From Eledone cirrhosa (lineage: Eukaryota): DNA of 64,000 nucleotides. The DNA lies in contig OZ024747.1 of NCBI GenBank assembly GCA_964016885.1, positions 41,230,001-41,294,000 of the forward strand. The letters are read 5' to 3'. Positions within the stretch are counted from its first letter, which is position 1. The number at the start of each line of letters is the position of its first letter. The notes beneath the pieces are model-generated. The model was not told the DNA's origin. It did not search any database and saw only the letters and a list, made by a program, of their open reading frames with translations. The position numbers and the translations under genes were made by a program. Below are positions 1 to 11,589 of the stretch, piece by piece.

Positions 1-591
1 CTAAACGCCTGCGCATTAAGAGCTCATGGAAAAAAATCTATTTTGCATAATCCATGCTGTTTTTGTGACTGATTTTTCAAAAAATGCTTACGCAATTTTG
101 ATGTTCTTATTGTGTAACAGTTTATAAAATGTTTAAAATATATTTCTCTTTCGAGTATATTCTATGAATTTCTACAACTTTATTCTGATATATTCTTTAT
201 ATGTTTGCTTTTCTCGCCATAATCATTTATCTCTCGCTTTTTAATGGAAATTTTCTCTATTCTTACATTTGCTCTCTGTCAGGAAATTGATTTCATATTA
301 CGAATATATCCATTTTTGCTTCTAATTCTCTGCAATATATGCGCTTGCTATCAATAAATTATTTATAGTGATGTAATAATTTATGTATCTAAATATATTT
401 TTTTCTTATATTATATTAAATATTCTATTTCTTGCTATGTCTTTCCGCCTGTGATGGAGGTAATTGGAATAGACAATATAAATCCAGCCAGGAAGCCACT
501 CATAAATATATTCCGGAGTTGTACTTGCTTGGCAAATAATATAAACCGTTATCTTCATTCAGTATGTTTTCTTCTTGGTATAGTATACTAT

Positions 592-750
592 AGGTGGCAA
601 ATTGGCAGAATCGTTAGAACATCTGATAGAATACTTTGCGGTGTTCGTTCCGGCTCTCTGCTCTTTGAGTTCAAATTCCACCAAAGTCAACTTTGCATTT
701 CATGCTTTTAAGGTTGATAAAAAAAATGCCAGTCCAGTACTGAGTCGATT
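592..750 (+). mobile_element. Old tRNA-derived SINE copy
   Basis: A-box-like TGGCAGAATCGTT, B-box GAGTTCAAATTCC, then GTCAACTTTGCATTTCAT...GATAAAA body similar to the younger copies at 17227 and 23830. Confidence 0.6.
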
Positions 751-2078
751 CTTCCACTAATTCTCTCTCTCGCCTACTCTCTGTCACTCTTTCTTCTTCT
801 CTAGTAGAAATCGGTTGTATTCAGACCTGGGAAGGAGGTATGGGTTCTGTTAAGTTTTACATACCCAAGACACACGGCGTCTCTACGATTCTCTCACGAG
901 TTACGGAACAAAGAGGAAAGTGATTGAATTGAAATATGTCACCAACTGGCCGTACATATTCGTATTCATGTTTGTATTACGTCTCTTCCTCGGCTTTTTC
1001 CATTCTCTTTCATGTTTGCACGTTATGAATAGCTTTTCTCTTTTATATTGTTATCATATATTGATTTCGTATTGTTCCTTTTATCCACTCTCTTTTGGGG
1101 TTCTTTTTCTACGTATACCTTATATCGGATTCCATAATTCTGACCACCCCTGTCGATCCATCTACTCTCACTTCATCCTATTATTCCTTTTGTATTGTTC
1201 TTTGTCTTCCATATTTCCTGTCTATCCTCCTCTTCCTCCTCCCTATTTTCCTTTTATCCCTCCCCCTCTCTTTCCTTGGTTTTGTCACCCCTCCCATCCC
1301 ACTATACTACTACTCTCCTCTCAGAAACTGACATGTCATCCATTTTTATCTATTATTGAACTGATTTTCAGTCGATGGATCAAGAATATTCTAGAATTCT
1401 TTTATCTGTTACTTTGTTTTCTCAAACAGCTTGACAAATGGGAGCTGTCATGATCATTCCATTTCATGAGTTAGAAAATAACAAGATATCAGGGATTAGA
1501 ATCACAATAGATAGATTGTTGCAACTATAGAGCTTTTCCATATTCACACAAAACACAGTCAATTAGTCCACGAAGTTATGTTTCCATGCAATATGAAAAC
1601 CAATGTCTGCAGATGCTCCCATCAAGTTGCATTGGAGCGTAATCATTCAGCTATCCGAATCTGGAGAGCTTCTGTGTGGTCGCGTAGCCTGCTAGAAATA
1701 GTAGCCAATTATCCTATAAAAATTAAGAAACATGGTAATAAAAAGAAAAATGAGCTGATAATGCTGAATTTCAACATAGGTCTGCTTGTTCAAAGTTGAT
1801 CTCGGGGTTAAGCAACAGCAATAACCATCTCCTAGGCCTGCCCACCTATACTATTCATCTCTTAAATCAGTTTTATTTTATTTTTTCTAATACATGCTAT
1901 ATTTCATTAACTATATCTGTGCTGAAAGCTCGTGGCTTACTGTTTAAGGGTGTTGGGCTTACAATCGTAAGATCACAAAACACCTTGTCCAAGCTTCCCC
2001 GCTTGAAGTAGAACTTTCTGTCTGTAAATCCATGGTCAGTCAGTACCGAAGGGAGCCTTTCAACTGTCTGTCTGCCTT

Positions 2079-2132
<54 letters not shown>

Positions 2133-2210
2133 CAAATGTATGTATATATATATATATATATACATTTAAAAACAAGTATGCATATGTAGATGTACATTTT
2201 TAACTTAATT

Positions 2211-2254
<44 letters not shown>

Positions 2255-2258
<4 letters not shown>

Positions 2259-2461
2259 AAGGAATTGTGGTAAGGAACCAAATGGACCATAACGCACCAG
2301 AGTACTCAATACTTAGGGTAGTAGAGTGGGAAATAGGAAAAGGTATGACCCCGACGGCAGAGCTCAAGCCGTTTCGACGGCTATTTCTGGACGGCTATTT
2401 CTGTCCAGAAATAGTCGTCGAAACGGCTTGAGCTCTGCTGTCGGGGTCATACTGTTTCCTA
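2255..2461 (-). mobile_element. PLE terminal-repeat fragment with fold-back palindrome (3' half of an HHR)
   Basis: Same sequence as 22441-22648 and 41849-42027; near-perfect inverted arms 2334-2461; contains GAAACGGC-TTGAGCTCT-GCYGTC-GGGGTC; flanked by (TA)n. Confidence 0.7.
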
Positions 2462-2479
2462 CATATATATATATATATT

Positions 2480-2665
2480 TATTTATTCCGAGGCCATATT
2501 CATTTAGTTCAGGTTTATTAAAATCTGTTATATATATTTCGCTGAGGACTCTCAGTTATGACAGCCTGAGCTCCTCAGACGGTAACAATGAAATTTCATT
2601 TTAAAAAAAGTTTGGAATAACAGAATTTAAATAACCTAAACCAAATGAATATGGCCTCCGATTGT
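2480..2665. repeat. Degenerate inverted-repeat element (MITE-like or fold-back)
   Basis: GAGGCCATATTCATTTAGTTCAGGTTTATTAAAATCTGTTA (~2490-2530) is inverted at ~2618-2660; internal CTGAGGA...TCCTCAG hairpin. Confidence 0.4.
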
Positions 2666-3298
2666 TTATTGATATACAATGTTCCGACTTGCACCTTTAT
2701 ACATGTCGTTGAGCGCTTTCTTTTAGCTACTTCTCAACCGACAGACCATTATGTGGTCCACACATCCCTGTTGGGTTGACTCCCTATAATATAAATATAT
2801 AGGTTATAACAGAATACAGGTTTTCAATGTGTCACAACGAACTTTCGTGTAGCTTTCGCCTGCCAAAGTTAACTCACAAGACATTAGTCAACCTGAAACT
2901 ATGTTAGAAGACAATTTCTCAGATTGCTGTCCAGTTAAAATGAACCTAGATCACTTTATCGCGAAGGGAATTCCTTGGCAACATACCCATACCTGCTTCC
3001 ATTGCTGACTGAGGGTGGGCTTGAGTGCACAAATAATGAAACCTCTGAAGTCAACTTTATCTTTCGTCCATTCGAGGTTGATAAAGAAAGCACCACTCTA
3101 TTACTGGGGTTGACTCATCCCCTATATTGCTTTCTCACTTCCATCCTCTCCCTCTCTATCTTTCTCTTGAAGAAATCTGCTGTACTGAGGCCTGGTGGAG
3201 GGATGGGCTCCACTAGGTTTTAAAATACCCAAGAAACGCTGTATGTCACTACGACGCCCTACGACTTCATCGGGAGTTAGGGGATATAGAAAGAAAAA

Positions 3299-3330
<32 letters not shown>

Positions 3331-3782
3331 CATGTTTTCTCCGGAATTGTCACCGGTATATAATATCAGCAATAGAAAGACAAATGGAAACGTTGATTCC
3401 ATGGTCCTATTTGACATTCTCCATCCACTCGGTAAGCGAATGAGATCTGGTAACTAACTGGTAATGTATCTCCATTTAACTTTTCAATTAAAATATTCTT
3501 ACAGTATATTTCAACCATAATATAAGACAACGTAGATTCATTTATTTTTCAGTTTAAATACTGTGATTCTATTTTTCTATAGATTGCAAAGCCGCTGGCA
3601 TGTTTTACTTCAGTTTCTACAAGAAATATATAAATAGAAATTCTTGATTAGCACCTCTAAACTTTGGGTATTTTGGTGCCATATTGTTCTGACAATGAAC
3701 AAACAGTGAAGACCCATTTAAGAATTCTGATACACCTATTTTTATACGAAAATTAGTTTCAGTATACGTATTGATTAAATAA

Positions 3783-4513
3783 TCTATATATATATAAAAC
3801 TGAGGATGTCTGTTTGTGTTTGAATCCCTAAAACTAGAGAAGCACCCAACCGACTGTTTTCAAACTTTACTTACACATGTAATACTTATGTTTCAGGGAG
3901 TGTCTGAGCAAAAGAAATTTAAAATTTTCAATGCCCTAGGGACCGCATTAGGCGATTTAGCGATCTCTCTCTATAATTCTTAGTCTTTCTCTCTTTAGAT
4001 AGATACATACATATAATTGTTTCTACTTTAGGCACAAGGCCAGCAATTATCCTAGTACGTTACTGGTACTCTATTTTATCGACCCCGTAAGGATGAAAGG
4101 CAAAGTCAACTTCGGCGGGATTTGAACTCAGATCGTAAAGGGACGTAACTATGCATATAATGTCGTACCCTTATAATATCTCTCTGTATGTCTGGCTGTC
4201 TACATTACGTCACTTCCTACAATTCGCTCTGCGTCCAGAACGCGCCCTTATAATATATGTCTGTATGTCTGGCTGTCTGCTGCCTCCGGTTATATTGCCA
4301 CCCTTGCTCAAGACAAATCTCACACTCATTCCCCAAACAGTTGGTAAGTGCACACAACTTCTTCCTCACGTTTTAAGCCACAGTGTTGCTTACTTACCTA
4401 CCACCAGATCCTTACTTCTTTGCCAGCCGTGGTTGTGGCAATACTAAGCTTAGCTAAGGCGGTTATATATTTCACAATACCTTATCCCGTGCAACGCCGG
4501 GTACCACTGCTAG
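3783..4513 (+). mobile_element. Non-autonomous Helitron-like element with nested SINE
   Basis: 5' TCTATATATATATAAAA; 3' hairpin CCCGTGC-AAC-GCCGGG then CTAG; sits between A(3782) and T(4514) with no TSD. Confidence 0.65.
4018..4153 (-). mobile_element. Young tRNA-derived SINE, 5'-truncated
   Basis: Near-identical to 17227-17405 and 23830-24013; flanked by 8-bp direct repeat CATATAAT (4010-4017, 4154-4161). Confidence 0.85.
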
Positions 4514-5404
4514 TATGATATAAATCTAAGCCATTAAATTATCTCTTGAAAATAACACACATCAAACACATTCACCCATATATATATATACATATGCATA
4601 TATATATGCATGAGTTTGTGTGTGTGTGTGGGTGCGTAGCATAAGAGTTAAAGTATTGAACTTATGATCATAATTTGTGATTCCGATTCCTGGACAAAGT
4701 GGAGCGTTATGTTCTTGAGCGAGACACTTAATTTCACGTTGCTCCAGTACATTCAACTAAAAATGAGTTTACTTCTAATATTCTAGAATGATGGTTTGCG
4801 CTGATATATGTGATCTTATGGGATAGTGTATATTGGATATACAATAAAATGTTCACTGGATAAACTTTGGAATATATAGTGATTAAATATCTCTAAAAAT
4901 GCAAGTAGGTACATTTTAGATAAATTAAGGAGGGACATTATCCAAGAAAAAAGATTTATCCGGCCTTAATGTGATTATAGAGACACATTTAATCATAGTT
5001 AATTTTATAGATGTCGACCGAGAACTAGATGATATAAACCATTTAGAAAGCCAAACGAAAAGCTTACTTATATAAAAGGATATTTTATAATTTAATCAAC
5101 GTAAGTACAGGTGACTTCGCAAGAGAAAGTGGAAGTGGATATTCTCCGTTGACCGATTCATTTCCCATTCTGAACTTCTTGCACCAATCTGTAATTATTC
5201 CTATGTTTAGGTGTTGTTCTCAGACAAACATAACTGACGTTCTAAATATATTTTCAATTACAGTCAGACCCAAGCTTTAGCCACCCATCATCATCTCTGC
5301 ATCCATTGGATTGGCTGCACACTACGAGATTGAAGAAAAATCGCCTTTAAAATTCACCCTGCTTTGTCACGTGTATAATAGAATATTAATGCGACGTATT
5401 AGTC

Positions 5405-5545
5405 TAGAAGTTAGACAGTTGGATAGAATGCTTCACGATATTCGTTCCGGTTTTCTATGGTCTGAGTTCAAATCCGCCAAGGATCAAATTCAATTTATCC
5501 TTTCGTGATTGATAAATAAAGAATATACTAACCCAGTACAGGGTT
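5405..5545 (+). mobile_element. Old tRNA-derived SINE copy
   Basis: TCTGAGTTCAAATCCGCC B-box and TTTATCCTTTCG..GATAAATAAAG body, as in the other SINE copies. Confidence 0.5.
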
Positions 5546-5582
5546 CCATTTTTTCTATCACACTTTCTCTTTCTCTCTCTCG

Positions 5583-5646
<64 letters not shown>

Positions 5647-5744
5647 CCAGTTGGTGAAATAAATGAGACTTGGTGAAAGAAATCACCGCCACTACTGAAA
5701 TTGAATAATCAAAACCGTAGCGGTATGTCGCATATCAAATCTTA

Positions 5745-5807
5745 TATTTTATCTGATGAAACCGTACTTAAACACCATTGTATCTTTGAAATATGTATAA
5801 TAAAATA
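5745..5807 (+). ncRNA. Type I hammerhead ribozyme motif in a PLE terminal repeat
   Basis: TATTTTAT-CTGATGA-(stem II)-GAA-ATATGTAT-A-ATAAAATA; 8-bp stem I, near-palindromic stem III. Confidence 0.7.
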
Positions 5808-5853
5808 TATATTTTGATTATGAGAATATTTTTCATTTATTAATATTTTCAAT

Positions 5854-6651
<798 letters not shown>

Positions 6652-6699
6652 ACATGGCGTGCTGCGTGGTTGCAAATGGGTTACATATGAATAAATTTA

Positions 6700-6801
6700 G
6701 TCCTTCATCAGTGATCTTCCAGCCTTCATTGGTATTTCATCGCTTTAAAGACCATATACCTCTGGTTGGTGCGAGCAACGGCTAAAGAAAGTCGTTGGGA
6801 C
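6700..6801 (-). ncRNA. Candidate non-circularly permuted hammerhead ribozyme (inverted copy)
   Basis: Reverse complement of 7241-7342 with 3 substitutions; predicted cleavage after A6755 on the minus strand. Confidence 0.6.
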
Positions 6802-7240
6802 ACGTAAATAGGGGGAACGAGCGAGACGGTAAACAAACAAGGACTAAATTTATTCATATATAGCCCATTTGCAACCACGCAGCACGCCATGTTTTCATAT
6901 ATTTATATATTTTCCTCCGTTATGACCCGTCTGCTTCCCCTTTCTCGTATCTCTCACTTCCTGACAGTCACTCTCTCTGTTAGCCTCTTCCTCACACTTT
7001 CACTCACTCTACTCACTTTCTCTCACTGCTACTGACTCTCCTACTTCCTCCCGTTTGACCTGTGTGAAATTCTTTCCTCACTCGCATTTTGGCCAGGTTG
7101 GATGGTCTTTATTCTCTCTCGTCCACGATTTCACAGAACTTATGTTCATCGATTTCAGGGACTTGACTCCTTCTTCCTCACTTTTCGTTGCATTACCTTC
7201 TTTGTTTGTTTACTGTCTCGCTCGTTCCCTCTATTTACGC

Positions 7241-7342
7241 GTCCCAACGACTTTCTTTAACCGTTGCTCGTACCAACCGGAGGTATATGGTCTTTAAAGC
7301 GATGAAATACCAATGAAGGCTGGAAGATCACTGATGAAGGAC
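7241..7342 (+). ncRNA. Candidate non-circularly permuted hammerhead ribozyme with kink-turn
   Basis: GGTAT-A-TGGTCTT ... GCGAT-GAA-ATACC ... AAGATCA-CTGATGA-AGGAC; stems I and III pair but GAAA precedes CTGATGA. Confidence 0.65.
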
Positions 7343-7391
7343 TAAATTTATTCATATATATATATATATATACAAATACATAAACATATAT

Positions 7392-7434
<43 letters not shown>

Positions 7435-7438
<4 letters not shown>

Positions 7439-7768
7439 AAAGAATAGAGGTGTAACACACAAGTTATTATATATTGGTAAACGGAATAGAAAATGCTGAC
7501 AAATTGTTTACAGTTGAAAAATGGTTTAATTAGGAATAAAAGAGTATTAGTGATTGTATGGGTTAGTATTCAGTTGTGGTTTTAAGTTTTTAAGTTTTTA
7601 CCGGTTGCGCATTTCTAAATGCTTTTCAAAAATAATTTTGAGATAGAGTGTCCGTGCTGTTTGCTCTGATCTATCTAACCCATACAATCACTAATACTCT
7701 TTTATTCCTAATTAAACCATTTTTCAACTGTAAACAATTTGTCAGCATTTTCTATTCCGTTTACCAAT
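7435..7768. mobile_element. Solo PLE terminal repeat with fold-back arm (family of 50950-54052)
   Basis: 7435-7671 nearly identical to 50950-51187; 7676-7768 is an inverted copy of ~7472-7566; another copy at 46754-46940. Confidence 0.8.
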
Positions 7769-7874
7769 ATATATATATATATATACATATATACATATAT
7801 ACAAATACATATGTATATATATATATATATATATACAAATACATATATATATATATATATATATATACAAATAC

Positions 7875-7911
<37 letters not shown>

Positions 7912-7934
7912 CATATATATATATATATATACAC

Positions 7935-7985
<51 letters not shown>

Positions 7986-7990
7986 AATAC

Positions 7991-8035
<45 letters not shown>

Positions 8036-8036
8036 A

Positions 8037-8093
<57 letters not shown>

Positions 8094-8128
8094 AATACAT
8101 ATGTGTATATATATATATATAGAAATAC

Positions 8129-8185
<57 letters not shown>

Positions 8186-8196
8186 TATATATATAT

Positions 8197-8231
<35 letters not shown>

Positions 8232-8295
8232 TACATATATATATATAAATATACATATGTATATATAAATATACATATATATATATAAATATACA

Positions 8296-8333
<38 letters not shown>

Positions 8334-8422
8334 CATATATATACATATACATATATATATATACATATATATATATACATATACATATATATACATATAT
8401 ATATATACATATATATATATAC
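7769..8422. repeat. Degenerate (TA)n array with recurring ACAAATACAT variants
   Basis: Direct reading. Confidence 0.95.
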
Positions 8423-9955
8423 ATAAAGAATGAATAATAACAGGTAGACATCATAAAAAGGTAGTTTATTCCGTGTGCTTACAAGTGTTTCCACGGTGGT
8501 GCTGCAGCCTAGTTCCGCTACGTGCAAATTCACAAATATTTGCAGAACTCGAATATCCAATGCTGTGACCACTGTTTCCTCAGAGCAGAATGGTAAATAT
8601 ACAATGTAAAAACCCTTAAGTGGGGTTGTTGGGGAAGATAGAGTGGAACAGGAAGAGAGAAAAGTAGGGAAGAAGGAGAGAGAAGGAAAGATATGCAGGG
8701 GTTGGAGAAGTAGGAGAGAGTGGCTTGTAGATATCTTAATCAAAATGTTATGGTAGGGGTTTTATTAGTTACTTTTGGAGAGATGCGTAGATAGTTGAGG
8801 TCGGAATTATTTATTGCCCCAGAGGGCAGGTTCATAAATGTTGAGAGGGAGATAGGTCAAAGGTGAGAGAGAGAGAGTGTAATGGATGTAGAGAGAGATA
8901 TATAGGTAGAGAGGGGACAGATAAATATGTGTGGTGAGTGAACTTTTGGTTTTGTAGTAGTATTCTAGGAGTTGTACTGAGTTACCATGTATAATGATAA
9001 GCAGTGTATTGTCTTGTAGTGTGGGGGAAGAGAAGGTTGTTAGCTAGAAAGTGGTGTTGTAGTTACGGGTTCGAATGTTAAGTTATTTTATAGTGAGAGA
9101 ATTTAGCTTTTAGTTTGGGGTTGCAGTATAATGATCGTTCAATTCTATCGTTAAGTAGTTTGTTTTGGGATTTTAGTATGTAAAATAGCTCAAGGTTACA
9201 TAACCTGCAGTACTTCAAACCACTCCGATATGCATTTGCGCTGGAAAGTATATCCCATTTTAAGGTGAACTGTTGGTTGTGTTCACGGAGTTGCCAGGTC
9301 TTGTTGGCGAGCGTGGTCACAAAACGGTGATTCTGATGTTTGATTGAGAATCGATGACGGTACCAGCGAGATTTAAACGATGTGGTGGTAGATCCGATAT
9401 AATACCATTTCTGGTCGTCCGATTCAACCGTGCATTGTTAAACAATGTTGGACTTTAGGCATTCATTCTGCAATGGACATCTTTCAGGTAGATGGCAGTT
9501 ACACGCTTTGTTGTGGGTAGCGGGTATACCATGGATAGGTTGTGATAGCGGTACAGGTGGGTTGTGCAATACCCGTCTCCCATTTAGTGGTTGGGAGGCA
9601 GATATTGCGTTCTGCCCATCTGTTACTAAAATGTTTTGTTTTGTAGAGTTGTTTAATTGCCTTAAGTTAAGTTTTTTTATGTATGCTTCAAGGTTTGGTG
9701 CCGTGGAGTATGATAGTCTAATAGTTTTGGAGTTCAGAATTTTGCTGTACTTATGGGAACTAGGGAAGTGTTTATTGATTAATTTAAAGAATGAAAGAGA
9801 TAGTTTTGTACTAATCGAGGCATTAAAAATAGGATTATACCAGATATACTTTCTACAACGTGATTTATTTGGTGGTGATCTTCTATTATTAGTATGTCTG
9901 GTAGTACAGTGTGTGTGTGCTTGTGTTTTAGTCCCCCGGTTACGTATACCTTGAT
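8423..9955 (-). mobile_element. 5'-truncated PLE (Hydra-like GIY-YIG C-terminus), decayed
   Basis: Minus-strand pieces WYNP..., KHFPSSHKYSKI, CNCHLPERCPLQNEC, YIGSTTTSFKSRWYRH, CRLCNLE; 3' repeat carries an HHR. Confidence 0.85.
8476..8587 (-). ncRNA. Type I hammerhead motif with ~85-nt stem II
   Basis: TGCT-CTGAGGA-AACAGTGGT...ACCACCGTG-GAA-ACACTTGT-A-AGCA; GUA cleavage triplet. Confidence 0.7.
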
Positions 9956-10062
9956 TACAGCTTATGCTGAAAGAATAACTATGTTGCTTGTGTTTATTTC
10001 CATCTTCGGTTAGCTTCCCCCTGTGTTGTTTACTTGTCTCACTCGCTTTACGCGTTTCTATT

Positions 10063-10163
10063 GTCCTAATAACTTATTTTAGTTATTATCGCTCCAACGT
10101 GAGGTATATGATTTTTAATGCGATGAAATACCCATGATCGTTTGGTAAATCACTGATGAGGAC
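10063..10163 (+). ncRNA. Candidate non-circularly permuted hammerhead ribozyme, subfamily 2
   Basis: GGTAT-A-TGATTT ... GCGAT-GAA-ATACC ... AAATCA-CTGATGA-GGAC; compensatory changes relative to the 7241 copy. Confidence 0.62.
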
Positions 10164-10593
10164 TCATTTTATAACATGTTATCCATGTGCAACCAGCAGT
10201 ATTCTTCTCACCCATATTTTCATATATTTACCCAAACTGAAATTCTGTGTTTCTCTCTTTCTCTCTCACTGCTCCCTCGTTCTCTCTGTTTCTCTTACTT
10301 TCTTTCGTCCCCTCTGCCATATCAGTTAACTCTTTCTCTCTACTGACCTCTTCCTCGCACTCCCACTCACTCAGTCCCTGTTTCTCCCCTTCTTTCTCCC
10401 TCCCGTTCGCTGGGAAACGGTTTTCATTCTTTCTAACACCGGATTCACTAGCGAAAGGTCTGTTTTCTGACTCGCTCATATATTCACACAGCTTATGCTG
10501 AAAGAATAACTATGTTGCTTGTGTTTATTTCCATCTTCGGTTAGCTTCCCCCTGTGTTGTTTACTTGTCTCTCTCGCTTTACGCGTTTCTATT

Positions 10594-10695
10594 GTCCTAA
10601 TAACTTATTTTAGTTATTATCGCTCCAACGTGAGGTATATGATTTTTAATGCGATGAAATACCCATGATCGTTTGGTAAATCACTGATGAGGGAC
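10594..10695 (+). ncRNA. Candidate non-circularly permuted hammerhead ribozyme, subfamily 2, second tandem copy
   Basis: Identical to 10063-10163 except for an extra G after CTGATGA; 531 nt downstream. Confidence 0.65.
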
Positions 10696-10765
10696 TCATT
10701 TTATAACATGTTATCCATGTGCAACCAGCAGTATTCTTTTCACCCATATTTTCATATATATATAC

Positions 10766-10796
<31 letters not shown>

Positions 10797-10895
10797 CATA
10801 TATATATATATGTACATATATATACATATATATATACATATATATATATATGTACATATATATACATATATATATACATATATATATATATGTAC

Positions 10896-10979
<84 letters not shown>

Positions 10980-11039
10980 ACATATATATACATATATATA
11001 TACATATATATATATACATATATATACATATATATATAC

Positions 11040-11118
<79 letters not shown>

Positions 11119-11149
11119 TATATATACATATATATATATACATATATAT

Positions 11150-11551
11150 ATGGTGGCTGCCAACTCGTTTTCGAGTACGGCCACTACTTTATATCCATGT
11201 AGGAGAACCCCTACCGATGTGCTGAATAAGTGTGACTTTTTAGTCCAGCCAGCGACTTGAAAACTCTGGTACAAACACTACACTTGTGACAATTATTGAC
11301 ACATAGTGCTGGGCCCATGGTACCATGTGACGACAAGTGCAGAGAGATCTCCAGATATAAAGCAATGCCTGTGCCGTGAAGCTTTTATAGTGAGCAAAGG
11401 CACTGCACAAAGCCAGTCCCACTCTCTTAACCAAGATGATATTTACCAAAAAGAAGAACAAGTCAACATCATTGGATACCATCAGGGCTGCAGGTGTTAT
11501 ATCAGAGTTTTCCTTCTCCTAGAATTCTGCCTTGAAAAAAGCTAAGGGGTC
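11150..11551 (-). mobile_element. Short bipartite RTE-derived non-autonomous element
   Basis: Minus strand: CTAGGAGAAGGAAAACTCTGA RTE-5'-like head, C-terminal C2H2 finger [22 protein letters not shown] (11283-11211), terminal hairpin, (TA)n; related to 33812-34040 and 32917-32947. Confidence 0.55.
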
Positions 11552-11589
11552 ATATATATACATATATATATATATATATACATATACTT

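Larger units (their letters stand above)
6648..7357 (+). mobile_element. Non-coding retrozyme-like element (~498-nt unit) with 5' inverted arm
   Basis: GGACTAAATTTATTCATA at 6841 and 7339 (498-nt period); 6688-6840 is the reverse complement of 7202-7354, and 6648-6700 that of 6843-6897; flanked by (TA)n; no credible ORF. Confidence 0.75.
9957..10755 (+). mobile_element. Non-coding retrozyme-like element: 531-nt unit plus ~270-nt direct terminal repeat
   Basis: 9957-10226 and 10488-10755 are near-identical; CT-rich spacer between them; related to 6648-7357; ends in (TA)n. Confidence 0.8.

Noticed and set aside
430-560. Possible host exon (minus-strand hydrophobic peptide RNIFMSGFLAGFILSIPITSI)
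   Set aside because: Short, ends in a stop, with no convincing splice pair or recognisable family.
5120-5200. Mariner transposase HTH relic (minus strand WCKKFRMGNESV)
   Set aside because: Too short and degenerate; no TIRs or further motifs seen.
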